In this document: in pieces, positions 48,307 through 58,980 of the stretch
Layout of the letters: each line of letters starts with the position of its first letter
Numbering within the stretch: the first letter of the stretch is position 1
NCBI GenBank assembly: GCA_964474695.1
Contig: CAYYTK010000002.1
Span: 235,898-299,897, forward strand
Direction of reading: 5' to 3'
DNA: 64,000 nt
From: an uncultured Anaerolineales bacterium
Lineage (GTDB): Bacteria > Chloroflexota > Anaerolineae > CG2-30-64-16
Program-made: the position numbers and the translations under genes
The notes under the pieces: model-generated
Seen by the model: the letters and a program-made list of their open reading frames with translations, nothing else
Database searches by the model: none
Told to the model about the DNA's origin: nothing

Positions 48307-49458
48307 ATGAAGCGTCTATTCTTTGGCCTACTTGTCGTCACCCTGGTTATGACACTGGCCGGCTGCGCACCGACCACGCAATCGAACACCATCAAGATCG
48401 GCTTGCAGGCCCCGCTGACGGGCGCGTTCGCGGCCGAGGGTCAGTGGGCCCAGCAGAGCGTCGAGATCGCCGCCCAACTGATCAACAGCAAGGGCGGGGT
48501 GTTGGGAAAGAATGTCGAGATCGTCGTTGCGGATGACGCCTCCAACCCCAAGGACAGCGCCCTCGCCGCCCAGAAGCTGATCTCACAGGACCTGAAGGCA
48601 GCGATCGCCTCCTACGGCTCCTCGGTGACCGCTCCCGCAGCCGACCTGTACGACGCCAACAAGGTCGTTTCGGTTGGCTACGGCTGCACCGCCGTCCGTT
48701 TGACGATGGACAAACAGCGCCCCTATTTCTTCCGCACGGCAGGGCGGGATGACACCCAGTCCGAATTCTTCGCCAAATTCGCGGTGGAAACCCTGGGCGC
48801 CAAGACGATCGCCGTGATGCACGACAACCAGGACTACGGCAAGGGCGTGGCTGAAGACGCCATCAGGTTCCTGCAGCCCTACGTCGATGCCGGTCAGACC
48901 AAGGTCGTGTACTACGATGCGGTGACACCCGGTGAGAGCGACTACTCCGCGGTTGTCAGCCAGATCAAAGCCCTCAACCCGGATGTGTGGTTCTATACCG
49001 CCTACTACTCTGAGGCGGCGCTCCTGCTGAAGCAGGGCCGCGAAGCGGGTGTGACCAGCATCTTCGTCGGCAACAACTCCGTCCCCACCCCCGAGTTCGA
49101 AAAGATCGCCGGGGTGACGAACATTGCCGGCTCCATCCATCTGAATGAGCCCATGCCCCAGTTCCTGAGCTTCCCGGAATCGAAGGCGTTCCTGGATGCC
49201 TACAAAGCGAAGTACAATGAGCTGCCCGGGTCGATCTGGGCCGTCTACGCCGCGGACGCGCTCAATGCGCTGGTTGCAGCCATCGGGAAGGCCGGCAGCA
49301 CCGATCCCGACAAAGTAGCCGCCGCCATGCGCAGCATGACGGATGCCACCGGCATCACCGGCCCGCTCTTGTTCACCGAGCGCGGCGACCGGAAGAACAT
49401 CCCCTACTACGCCTATGTCTATAACGACCAGGGTGTCCTGGAGCTCTACAAGAAGTAA
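48307..49458 (+). CDS. Branched-chain amino acid ABC transporter substrate-binding lipoprotein (LivJ/K-like)
   Basis: Lipoprotein signal ...LTLAGC, then IKIGLQAPLTGAFAAEG, a type I periplasmic-binding-protein pattern. AAGGAGGAG RBS. Confidence 0.85.
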   Translation: MKRLFFGLLVVTLVMTLAGCAPTTQSNTIKIGLQAPLTGAFAAEGQWAQQSVEIAAQLINSKGGVLGKNVEIVVADDASNPKDSALAAQKLISQDLKAAIASYGSSVTAPAADLYDANKVVSVGYGCTAVRLTMDKQRPYFFRTAGRDDTQSEFFAKFAVETLGAKTIAVMHDNQDYGKGVAEDAIRFLQPYVDAGQTKVVYYDAVTPGESDYSAVVSQIKALNPDVWFYTAYYSEAALLLKQGREAGVTSIFVGNNSVPTPEFEKIAGVTNIAGSIHLNEPMPQFLSFPESKAFLDAYKAKYNELPGSIWAVYAADALNALVAAIGKAGSTDPDKVAAAMRSMTDATGITGPLLFTERGDRKNIPYYAYVYNDQGVLELYKK

Positions 49459-49496
49459 CTTGCTGCTGCCGATGCAGATCATCTGCTGAACCACGG

Positions 49497-49536
49497 GGAG
49501 CACCCTCCCCTTTGGTGACAAAGGGGAGGGTGCTCC
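49497..49536 (+). other. Intercistronic 17-18 bp hairpin between the binding-protein and permease genes
   Basis: GGAGCACCCTCCCCTTT-ggtgac-AAAGGGGAGGGTGCTCC, read directly. Confidence 0.6.
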
Positions 49537-49555
49537 TCTGTAGAGGGGACGACCC

Positions 49556-50470
49556 ATGGAGATGTTTTCCGAGCAGTTGATTAATGGTTTGACCATTGGT
49601 TCTTTCTACGCGTTGGTCGCCATGGGCTACACCATGGTGTACGGCGTCATGAAACTGATCAATTTCGCCCACGGCGACCTCTTCACCCTGGGCGCGTACG
49701 TGGGCTACACCATCCTGGTGATCGGCGCCGGGTGGGTTACAGCCACTTTCGGCGTGTGGGGCGGGGTGATCGTCGCGGTCGTGGGCGCGATGATCAGCAT
49801 CGGCCTGGCCGGGCTGGTGCTGGAAAAAGTGGCCTACAACCCGGTCTACAAAGCCGGCCGCCTGCCCCTGGTCGTGTCCGCCCTGGGCGCCTCGATTTTT
49901 ATCTCGAACGGGATCATGGCCGCCTGGGGGCCGCGCTACCAGGCCTACCCGCAGCCGGGGATCCCCACCGGCAGCCTGCTCCTGTTCGGTGATGTCCGGG
50001 TCACCTATGTCAAGCTTGTCACCATCCTGGTATCTTTGACGTTGATGGCGCTGATGTACTGGGTCATCGAAAAGACCATCTTCGGGGCTGCCGTGCGGGC
50101 TTCCGCGCTGGACAAAGACACCGCCACCCTGATGGGCATTGATTTCCGGAAGATTATCCGCTTCGTCTTTTTCGTTGGCCCGGCGCTGGGCGCCCTGGCC
50201 GGCGTTTTTGCGGGTTTGAACTACTCGAGGATCATCTTCAATCTGGGCTGGGTTTACGGTCTCAAGGCGTTTACAGCCAGCATCCTGGGCGGCATCGGCA
50301 ACATCCCGGGGGCCATGCTCGGAGGACTGCTGCTCGGCTTGATGGAAGCGCTCTTCGAAGGGTACGTTTCGGGAGCCTGGAAAAACGTGTTTGTGTTCGT
50401 GATCCTGATCGTGATCCTGATCGTTCGGCCGACCGGCCTGATCGGCGAGAAGATCGCCGAGAAAGTATAG
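49556..50470 (+). CDS. livH: Branched-chain amino acid ABC transporter permease
   Basis: MFSEQLINGL..GS.YAL.A.GYTMVYGV...INFAHGD is a LivH signature. Confidence 0.9.
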   Translation: MEMFSEQLINGLTIGSFYALVAMGYTMVYGVMKLINFAHGDLFTLGAYVGYTILVIGAGWVTATFGVWGGVIVAVVGAMISIGLAGLVLEKVAYNPVYKAGRLPLVVSALGASIFISNGIMAAWGPRYQAYPQPGIPTGSLLLFGDVRVTYVKLVTILVSLTLMALMYWVIEKTIFGAAVRASALDKDTATLMGIDFRKIIRFVFFVGPALGALAGVFAGLNYSRIIFNLGWVYGLKAFTASILGGIGNIPGAMLGGLLLGLMEALFEGYVSGAWKNVFVFVILIVILIVRPTGLIGEKIAEKV

Positions 50471-50473
50471 CGC

Positions 50474-52363
50474 ATGAACGACATTACCCGCGCGATTACC
50501 CGACGCATCAATGATTCCCGTTCCGGCAGAGGTGCGCGGCCGGAGGACAAGCGCCAGCAGCGGATATTGCTCATCGCCCTGATCGGCTTGATGCTGGCCT
50601 TCCCCCACCTGCCGTTCATCTCCAACTATTGGATCGATGTCGGATTTTTTGTGGGCATTTATGTCCTGCTCGGCTTGAGCCTGAACATTGTCCTGGGTGA
50701 AGTCGGCCTGTTCAACCTGGGCCAGGCAGGCTTCTACGCCATCGGCGCCTACACGACGGGCATTCTCTACACCCAGTTGCATATCCCGATCCTGCTCCTG
50801 CTGCCCATCAGCGCCCTGGTCGCCGGCGGGTTTGCCTACCTGGTCACCGCCCGCATTATTCACCTCAAGGGCGACTACCTGTGTATTGTGACGATCGGCA
50901 TCGGTGAGATCATCCGCATCGTCGCCAACAATAACCCCTTTGGCCTGACGAACGGTCCCAACGGCATCACCGGCATCGGCAACCCGGATTTCGGGCTGTT
51001 TTCGATCCACACGCCCACCCAGTTCTTCTACTACGTGTGGATCATTGTGGCTCTCGTGATTGTGGGGTTGATCAACCTGCAAAAGTCGCGGATCGGCCGG
51101 GCCTGGAACTACATCCGGGAAGACGAGATTGCCGCCGAGGCCAATGGCATCGACGTGCGCCACTATAAGCTGGTCGCCTTCCTGCTTGGCACGGCGCTGG
51201 CCGGTGTGGCGGGGAATGTTTACGGCTCGAAGATGATGATCATCTCGCCCGACAACTTTACGTTCATGGAATCCTGTCTGATCTTCGTGATCGTGTTATT
51301 GGGTGGCCTGGGTTCGATCCCGGGCAACGTTCTTGGCGCAGCCATCATTGTCGTTTTCCCGGAAATCTTCAGGCCGTTCGCCAGCTACCGGCTGCTGTTC
51401 TTCGGCGCGGCCATGGTCGTGATGATGGTGTTCCGGCCGGGCGGCATCTTGCCCCGCCGGCGAGAACAGGCCGGGTTCGGCGGCCTGGGCATCGCCGACC
51501 TGCCGGCCGATGAGAACCGTTACATCGAGGAAATCGCCGCACGGGGCCCGGCTGCCCCGGCCGCGGCGGCCCGTCCGGCTGCCACGCCGGCGGATGAAAA
51601 GCGCAAGGTATTGGAGACGCAGCATGTCACCATCAGCTTTGGGGGGCTGATCGCAGTCAATCAGTTCGATCTCAATGTACGGGAAGGCGAGATCACCTCG
51701 CTGATCGGCCCCAACGGCGCCGGCAAGACCACCCTGTTCAACGGCATCACCGGCATTTACCCGCCGTCCAAAGGCCGCATCATTTTCATGGGTGAAGACA
51801 TCACCGCGCTCAAGCCGCACCAGATCATCCCCAAGGGGATCGCCCGCACCTTCCAGAACATCCGCCTGTTCCCATCGCTGACCTGCATCGAAAACGTCAT
51901 GTCCAGCCCACACTGCCATGCCACCGCCGGCCCCTGGTCGTCCGTGTTCCGCACCGCCCGCCAGAAGCGGGAGGAACGCGTCATCCTGGACACGGCCGCC
52001 TACCGGCTGCACCAGATCGGCCTGTGGGAGTATCGCAACGAGCTGGCCAAGAACCTGCCCTATGGCAAGCAGAAGCTGCTGGAGATTGCTCGCGCCCTGG
52101 CCTCCTCGCCCAAGCTGCTCATCCTCGATGAGCCGTCATCCGGGTTGAATGACAAGGAAACCGAGGAGTTGATGGCGTTCCTGTCGAAGCTGAAGACGGA
52201 AGGGTTCACCCTGCTGCTGATCGAGCACGATATGAACGTGGTGATGGGCATCTCGGATACGGTCACCGTCATGGACATGGGCTCCAAGATCGCCGAAGAC
52301 GTGCCGTCCATGATCTACAACGACCCGAAGGTCATCGAGGCCTACCTGGGCAAGGAGGAGTGA
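50474..52363 (+). CDS. Fused LivM-type permease and LivG-type ATPase
   Basis: The N-terminal ~330 aa is polytopic (LGLSLNIVLGEVGLFNLGQAGFYAIGAYT). An Ala/Pro linker follows, then an ABC ATPase (GPNGAGKTTLFN...LPYGKQKLLEIARAL...ILDEPSSG). Confidence 0.85.
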   Translation: MNDITRAITRRINDSRSGRGARPEDKRQQRILLIALIGLMLAFPHLPFISNYWIDVGFFVGIYVLLGLSLNIVLGEVGLFNLGQAGFYAIGAYTTGILYTQLHIPILLLLPISALVAGGFAYLVTARIIHLKGDYLCIVTIGIGEIIRIVANNNPFGLTNGPNGITGIGNPDFGLFSIHTPTQFFYYVWIIVALVIVGLINLQKSRIGRAWNYIREDEIAAEANGIDVRHYKLVAFLLGTALAGVAGNVYGSKMMIISPDNFTFMESCLIFVIVLLGGLGSIPGNVLGAAIIVVFPEIFRPFASYRLLFFGAAMVVMMVFRPGGILPRRREQAGFGGLGIADLPADENRYIEEIAARGPAAPAAAARPAATPADEKRKVLETQHVTISFGGLIAVNQFDLNVREGEITSLIGPNGAGKTTLFNGITGIYPPSKGRIIFMGEDITALKPHQIIPKGIARTFQNIRLFPSLTCIENVMSSPHCHATAGPWSSVFRTARQKREERVILDTAAYRLHQIGLWEYRNELAKNLPYGKQKLLEIARALASSPKLLILDEPSSGLNDKETEELMAFLSKLKTEGFTLLLIEHDMNVVMGISDTVTVMDMGSKIAEDVPSMIYNDPKVIEAYLGKEE

Positions 52364-52364
52364 C

Positions 52365-53114
<750 letters not shown>

Positions 53115-53470
53115 CCTCGTGAAACGTGAGGCGTGGTGCGTGCGTGTAGAATCGAGGCTTCAGCCGGTAGGACGCAGATTCACCTGATTTTCCTGATCAT
53201 TAGTGCGGTCGCCGGAATCGAGGCTTTAGCCGGTCTCCGCGTGGTGCGTGAGGCGTGATACACCCCAACAGAAAACTCTCACGCGGTCATCCTGAGCGGG
53301 TCGACCACTCAAGGTCCGTTGCAGCGAAACGCCAGCGAAGGATCTCGTCTCAGGGATTTCAGCCGGCGCTCATGTTGCCAAAAACCGGCCGGGATTAGAG
53401 GATTAGGGGCGAGCTCCAAACAGGCCCCCAATCCCGGCGCTTCTCAGGGCAGAAAACTGGAGATAAGCCG

Positions 53471-53923
53471 ATGATATCCAAAGCCACCGTCGACGATTTC
53501 CTGGCCCACGAGCCGTGGGCCGTCGTGGGGGTCTCCCGCGACCCGAAGAAGTTCGGCCACACCGCGTACAAGGAGCTCAAAGCGCGCGGCCACCGCCTGG
53601 TGCCGGTCAACCCCAAGATGGAAAGCTTCGAGGGGGACCGGTGCTATCCCAGCCTGGGCGCCCTGCCCGAGGGAGCCGGCGACGCGCTGATCATCGTCCC
53701 GCCCGCGCAGACCGAGCAGGTCGTGAAGGACGCGCTGGCCGCGGGCATCCGCCGCGTCTGGATGCAGCAGGGCGCCGAGTCGGACGCGGCGATCCAATTC
53801 TGCCGGGAGAACGGCATCAGCGCGGTGCACGGCGAGTGCATCATGATGCATGCCGCGAACACCGCGTTCTTCCATAAGATGCACCGGTGGGTGTGGGGGG
53901 TGTTGGGGAAGCTGCCGAAGTAG
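53471..53923 (+). CDS. CoA-binding domain protein (YccU-like)
   Basis: ...WAVVGVSRDPKKFGH..YK.L...GH.L.PVNPK... is a CoA_binding-type pattern. 150 aa. Confidence 0.8.
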   Translation: MISKATVDDFLAHEPWAVVGVSRDPKKFGHTAYKELKARGHRLVPVNPKMESFEGDRCYPSLGALPEGAGDALIIVPPAQTEQVVKDALAAGIRRVWMQQGAESDAAIQFCRENGISAVHGECIMMHAANTAFFHKMHRWVWGVLGKLPK

Positions 53924-54697
53924 GTTGGTAGATTGGTAGGTTGGTTCCTGTCATTCTGAGGCGACCTTCGGTCGACGGGGCGCGAAGAATCTCGTGGTGC
54001 GTCTCCCCGTCCCCCCGTCTCCCCGTCCCTTCGCCGCCCGGCCGTTCCGCACCGCGTCCGTCCTGCTGATGGGCCTCGACCTGGCTGCGGTCGTGCTCCT
54101 GGTGCTGCCCGCCTCGAATGCCTGGTTTCGCGCGCTGAATCGAGCGCCGGTCGCGGCGGCGCTGGCCGCACGGAAGAGAAAGAAGCGCCGATCTTAGCAA
54201 CGAAGGGCGCTCTGATGGCTTGCGGGACGTCCCCTAATCTCCTAATCCCGGCCCCTCCGAGCGGTTAGCGGGGATTTGGGGATTTGGGGTACCTTCGCAG
54301 AAGAAAAAGCCCCAGCCGCGGCAAAGAAGGGCGCTCTCAAAAAAGACTCCAAATAGGATCCTTCTTGCGCCAGGCAATCCTCGCCCCATGCGGGATATGT
54401 ACGCGCCTTTGTCCAATTCTATTACCTATTGCGCGTTCATATACCCCATGCTATACTTATTCCTGTGGTTGCTAGAGAATGACGAGTTCGACTTTCTGCA
54501 GCAGGAACGCGCATAAGCCAACAAGGCAACGATTGATCTGTGACTGGCCGCTTAGTAATGAAGAAAATCTGGCTGGCGAGTCACCAGGACCCGGCCGCCC
54601 CGCTTGGACTGGTCGGTTGGTGGTGGGGCTTGACGCTCCTCTCCAACTCACTGGGTCGCATTGCAGGAAGGCTGGCGCATGGGTGTTGTCTAGCTGT

Positions 54698-55219
54698 ATG
54701 GTACTACGTCGCAATAAGCCCAACTTCGACACTAAGAGCGCCCGCGAAGCTGTGACAGGTGGTCTTTTCCTCGCGCTTGTGTCATGGGTGCTCGGCCTTC
54801 CCTTTGCAGTTTACCTTATTGTGACCGGAATCAAAGACAGAGCGTTTTGGTCTGTTTTGGTGGGTCTATTCATGGTTCCCATCCTGCTATTCCAGGGCGT
54901 CATGGACATCGGAATGGTTCTGGATGGGATATCGACCCTGGTTGACCGAAAGCATTGGATCAGTGGTGCAGCAAGAACCTACGCGAAAGTACTGCAGAAG
55001 AAAGAGGACTCGTACGACGCCAGCTATGATGAGGGAACCGTCTTCACGCATGAGTTGGCGCTGGCCATCGAACCATTCATGGCGGTTGACGATGCGAATA
55101 AGCAATGCGTCTGGGCGAGCGTGAGCAAACAGATCTATGATAAGTATGCCACAGGCGACATTGCCGGGGTCTATTACCTTCCCTCCAGCCCGCTGACTTT
55201 CGTCATTGATGGTGAATAG
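54698..55219 (+). CDS. Hypothetical membrane protein (2 TM + C-terminal soluble domain, weak DUF3592-like resemblance)
   Basis: An AT-shifted region; a 60-nt stretch I counted is 50% G+C. The start at MVLRRNK is a guess, and the track ORF begins at 54479. The C-terminal ...GDIAGVYYLPSSPLTFVI is only loosely reminiscent of DUF3592. Confidence 0.4.
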   Translation: MVLRRNKPNFDTKSAREAVTGGLFLALVSWVLGLPFAVYLIVTGIKDRAFWSVLVGLFMVPILLFQGVMDIGMVLDGISTLVDRKHWISGAARTYAKVLQKKEDSYDASYDEGTVFTHELALAIEPFMAVDDANKQCVWASVSKQIYDKYATGDIAGVYYLPSSPLTFVIDGE

Positions 55220-55430
55220 TACTTACTGGCGTGAGCACCGTTCCGTCAGCCCTCTCCCCCCTCCGTCTCGAATTGACTCAGCTGCGCCGGCGGGGTTTGG
55301 ACCACGGAGTCACGAAGACCGCGAAGGTCGCGAAGCACCCAGAGACTCACTGCGGCGCACGCCTTCGTGATTTTCGCGGTCTTCGCGGCTTCGCGATCCA
55401 GGGTCTTCGCCGCTTCGCGATCCAAAACCT

Positions 55431-58400
55431 CTACGCCGTCGCGTACCTTCCATCCTCCCCCGCGCGCGCCTGCCCCAGCGCGGCCAGCGCGGCCAGCCAC
55501 TCGCTCACCCGGCCAGCCGGCGCCGCGCCGGTTCCGGCGGCGTCGAACGCCGCCGCGACCTCTTCCGGCGTCACCGGCCGGCCCAGCGCCACCAGCGCGG
55601 CGCGCACCGCGGCGGCCTGCTCCGCCAGCCCATCGGGCCAGGGGAGGAGGGGGCGCGCGGCGGGAGGGGCTTCGGCGCCGGGGGCCTCTTCTTCGAATGG
55701 GGCGGTCGTGAAACGTGATGTGCGATCGGCCGGCGCCTGGTACTCCGGCCGCAGCCAGCGCACCAGCCCGCGCGCCTCTTCAGCCGCGCGTTCCGCGTTG
55801 AGCGCTACAAGCCGCGCCAGGATCTCCTCGTCGCTCAGCGTCGTGGGCCAGCCGTACGCGTCGAACACAGCCGCGTCCAGGTCGTCGTGGAGCTGCCGCA
55901 GCACGGAGACCAGCCCCTGCTCGTGCGTGACCTTTTCGGCCTTGGAGAGCGCCTCGCCCGCGCGCAGCTTCTCCAGCACGTTGTACATGTCGGTGAGGGT
56001 CAGCTTCGGGTGCTGGGCCTGCTGGCGTTTACGGTGGCCGTCGAGCTCCTCCGCGAGGCCGCGGATGCGCGCCCTTTGCGCGTCGGTGGCGTCGGGAAAG
56101 GGGAAGGGATCAAAGCATCGTGATTTGGTATAGATCGGCCTGTCCTCCAGTGTGCCACCATTGGCCAATGCCCAAGTCACATGGATTCGACTTGCTAGAA
56201 TACCAAGAAAGAACGCATCTTCTAGCGCAAAATTTGTAAGTCGGTTATCTGGGAGAATATCGCCGGCGAGAAACACAAACACCCGATGCTTGGAAGTCTC
56301 TGGAGTAGAGATGAAGCGGTTCAGACCAGCAGATGTCTGTCGCCACAAGGGTCGTTCCCAACCGAACCGCCACCAGGTTTCACGAATGGATCTGCGGCGA
56401 TTCTGGTCGCGTTCAGGTTTCACGCGATCAAGCACCCTTTGATAGGCGTCGGGATGAAGGGTGGAGGCCTCCTGTTGCGAACACCCAAAAAAGTCAATCA
56501 CAAACGCGTTTCTACTTCGGCCGACCAGATCACTGCCATTGATGTATTTGCGAATCACCTGACGAGCCCTGCTGCTTCGGGCAAGCCCGGTCAGGCGTAT
56601 TGCCTCGTCATGATCGACGATGAAACCAGAGCCGTAAAGCTGGACTCCTGGTGAACATAAGCCGGCATTTGCTCGCAATCCCCGCGCTTGATCCAAATCA
56701 ACGCCTGCTGTCAGGTCAGAGTTGATCTTGGAGGCCAGTGAGAATTCGACCGACACAGCACCGTCTGTCTGTTCGGCGATGACTTTGCCAAGATGCACCT
56801 CGTTGGACTGGGACGCCTGTCCAACGGTCATCGCAATTCGCACGGCGGCAGCGCTTTCAGTGTCGACCCAAGGATGATCAGGAATAGCCATTACCAGCTG
56901 GAGGGGGTTTGAGGCCTCCAGATGGTACCGGAGAACCCTTCTCTGAAAGACCTGAGTGATACTGTTGGTGGTGATGAAACCGAATCGCCTGATCTGCTTC
57001 TCCCGAGCTTTAGCCGCTGCACGATCCCACCAATACATTACGTAATCCGCCTTCTGTGGAATCTGAGGATAGGCAGACCAAAGTCCTTCTACGTAGCCAT
57101 CGCCCTGTGCTTGGCGAATTCGCCAGCCACCGATGAACGGCGGATTCCCCACCACAAACTCCGCGTCCGGCCACTCGGCGGGGCGGGGATTGATATAGCG
57201 GTACGCGGGGATGCGCGCGGCCTCGTCCGGCACCTGCTCGCCGGTCACGGGGTGCGTCACGGTCGTCCGGCCGTCCCAGCGGGTGACGGGCCGCCCCGCG
57301 GCATCCAGCAGCGGCTCGATCGCGTCCCACGCCAGCACCGCGTCGCGGCGCTCGATGTTGTGGTAGTTTGCCAGGATCGGCTCGGGCAGGTGGCCCACAT
57401 CCCCTGCGGTCTGCAAGCGCCAGCGCAGGTAGCCGATCCACAACACCAGCTCGGCGATGGCGGCCGCGCGGGGGTTCACCTCGATCCCCAGCAACTGCCG
57501 CGGGGTCACGCGCACCGCCTCCAGCTCCAGCAGCATCTGGTCCGCGCCGAGCTGCCGGCGCACCTCCAGCACCTCCGCCTCCAGCCGCAGCAGGTGCTCC
57601 AGGCTCACGTAGAGAAAGTTGCCCGTGCCGCACGCGGGATCCAGGATCCGGACGGCCGCCAGCCGCCGCTGGAACGCCTCCACCTCCCCCAGCGCCTTGT
57701 CGGGCTTGCCGTCCTCCACCAGCCGCAGCGCCGCGGCCTGGACCGCCTCCCACTCCGCGCGCAGCGGCTCGACCACCGTGGGCGTCACCAGCCGCTCGAC
57801 GTAGGCGCGCGGGGTGAAGTGTGCGCCGAGCTTGTGCCGCTCCACCGGGTCCAGCGCGCGCTCCAGCAGCGCGCCGAAGATCGCCGGCTCCACGTCGCGC
57901 CAATCCGCCTGCGCGGCCTCGATCAGCAGTTGGAGCTGGTCCTCCGTGAGGGGCAGCCCGGCGGCGTCCTCGAACAGCCCGCCGTTGAAGTGAGGGATGG
58001 GCAGCCGCAGCGCCAGCGAGAAGCCGCCGTGCGCCATGGTGCTCCACAGCTCCTCGACGAAACGGGGGAAGTGGGCCACGTTGCGCCGCGCGTCCGCCAG
58101 CAGTTGGGTGAAGCTGCCCGCGGGGAGCAGCGCCACGTCCTCCGCGAACATGGTGAACAGGCAGCGCATCAGGAAATGGGCCACCGCGTCGGGGTCGTGC
58201 CCCCGTTCCAGCGCCTGGGCCAGCCGCGCCAGCCGGGCCGCGATCTCGCGCGTGACGCGCGCCGCGCGGCGGCCGGGGTCGAGGCTCATGGGGTCGAGCC
58301 AGACCGTCCGCAGCAGCTCGCGCGTCTCGGGCTGGTGCAGGTCGGCCAAGCTGATGCGCGCCGCGAGGGGGTTCGGGAAGGGGACGTAGTTGCCGCCGGT

Positions 58401-58907
58401 GCGCGTGAACTCGCTGTAGAGAGCCAGCGACTCGCCCACGTCGACCACGATCAGGAAGGGGGGCCGGCCGCCGTCCTTGAGCTCCTCGGTCGGCAGATTG
58501 CGCGCGTACGATTGGGCCTGCTGCCGCGCCCGCTCCATCGCGGTGTCCCAGGCCGCGGTGCCGCGCGGCGCGACCCCCTTCTTTCGGCTGCGGGCGCGCG
58601 CCTCGCCGGCAGCGGAGAGCGGGGGCTCGGTCGGGAGACCGGCCCCAGCCTGGGCCTCGCCCCCTTGCTTCGCCTCCAACACGAAGCAGCCGCGGCGGTA
58701 CAGGTCGATGCGGCCGGTGGCGCCGTGGGGCAGCGGGACGCTCTTCTCGAAGACGTAGGCGTTGGCGGCCTCGTCGGGGGTCGCGGGGTCGGGCCGCGGC
58801 GCATCGAGCACGTCGCACAGCTCGGAGAGGAAGAGCTGGTAGTTGGCGCGCTCCGCCGCGCCGGACTTCTGCCAGCGCGCGATGAAGCGTTGGATGTCGT
58901 CGGTCAT
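55431..58907 (-). CDS. MmeI-like type IIL restriction-modification enzyme (fused endonuclease / N6-adenine methyltransferase / specificity domain)
   Basis: The N-terminus [19 protein letters not shown]...[19 protein letters not shown] gives a D-X9-E-X-K nuclease motif arranged as in MmeI. Also SAM motif [12 protein letters not shown] and catalytic [10 protein letters not shown]. Start could be 58964 or 58907. Confidence 0.8.
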   Translation of the reverse strand: MTDDIQRFIARWQKSGAAERANYQLFLSELCDVLDAPRPDPATPDEAANAYVFEKSVPLPHGATGRIDLYRRGCFVLEAKQGGEAQAGAGLPTEPPLSAAGEARARSRKKGVAPRGTAAWDTAMERARQQAQSYARNLPTEELKDGGRPPFLIVVDVGESLALYSEFTRTGGNYVPFPNPLAARISLADLHQPETRELLRTVWLDPMSLDPGRRAARVTREIAARLARLAQALERGHDPDAVAHFLMRCLFTMFAEDVALLPAGSFTQLLADARRNVAHFPRFVEELWSTMAHGGFSLALRLPIPHFNGGLFEDAAGLPLTEDQLQLLIEAAQADWRDVEPAIFGALLERALDPVERHKLGAHFTPRAYVERLVTPTVVEPLRAEWEAVQAAALRLVEDGKPDKALGEVEAFQRRLAAVRILDPACGTGNFLYVSLEHLLRLEAEVLEVRRQLGADQMLLELEAVRVTPRQLLGIEVNPRAAAIAELVLWIGYLRWRLQTAGDVGHLPEPILANYHNIERRDAVLAWDAIEPLLDAAGRPVTRWDGRTTVTHPVTGEQVPDEAARIPAYRYINPRPAEWPDAEFVVGNPPFIGGWRIRQAQGDGYVEGLWSAYPQIPQKADYVMYWWDRAAAKAREKQIRRFGFITTNSITQVFQRRVLRYHLEASNPLQLVMAIPDHPWVDTESAAAVRIAMTVGQASQSNEVHLGKVIAEQTDGAVSVEFSLASKINSDLTAGVDLDQARGLRANAGLCSPGVQLYGSGFIVDHDEAIRLTGLARSSRARQVIRKYINGSDLVGRSRNAFVIDFFGCSQQEASTLHPDAYQRVLDRVKPERDQNRRRSIRETWWRFGWERPLWRQTSAGLNRFISTPETSKHRVFVFLAGDILPDNRLTNFALEDAFFLGILASRIHVTWALANGGTLEDRPIYTKSRCFDPFPFPDATDAQRARIRGLAEELDGHRKRQQAQHPKLTLTDMYNVLEKLRAGEALSKAEKVTHEQGLVSVLRQLHDDLDAAVFDAYGWPTTLSDEEILARLVALNAERAAEEARGLVRWLRPEYQAPADRTSRFTTAPFEEEAPGAEAPPAARPLLPWPDGLAEQAAAVRAALVALGRPVTPEEVAAAFDAAGTGAAPAGRVSEWLAALAALGQARAGEDGRYATA

Positions 58908-58980
58908 GGTCGCGTCAGGTGGGGGGCCGCCGTCCGAAGTGCCGACAGGGATATCATACACCAATTCGGGGATACCGCAA

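Noticed and set aside
53994-54197. 67-codon GTG-initiated ORF with one hydrophobic segment and a polybasic tail
   Set aside because: It has no RBS and lies in a repeat-dense intergenic region. High GC3 alone is not discriminating in this genome, so the support is insufficient.
54479-54697. N-terminal 73 codons of track ORF 54479-55219, and the overlapping ORF 54540-54755
   Set aside because: There is no RBS, and the composition and residue usage differ from the downstream membrane-protein part. This may be a remnant of another gene, but I cannot support a call.
55231-56133. 300-codon plus-strand ORF
   Set aside because: It is antisense to the 3' part of the RM gene and runs through the intergenic repeats. 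Its Ala/Ser/Arg-rich low complexity marks it as a shadow ORF.
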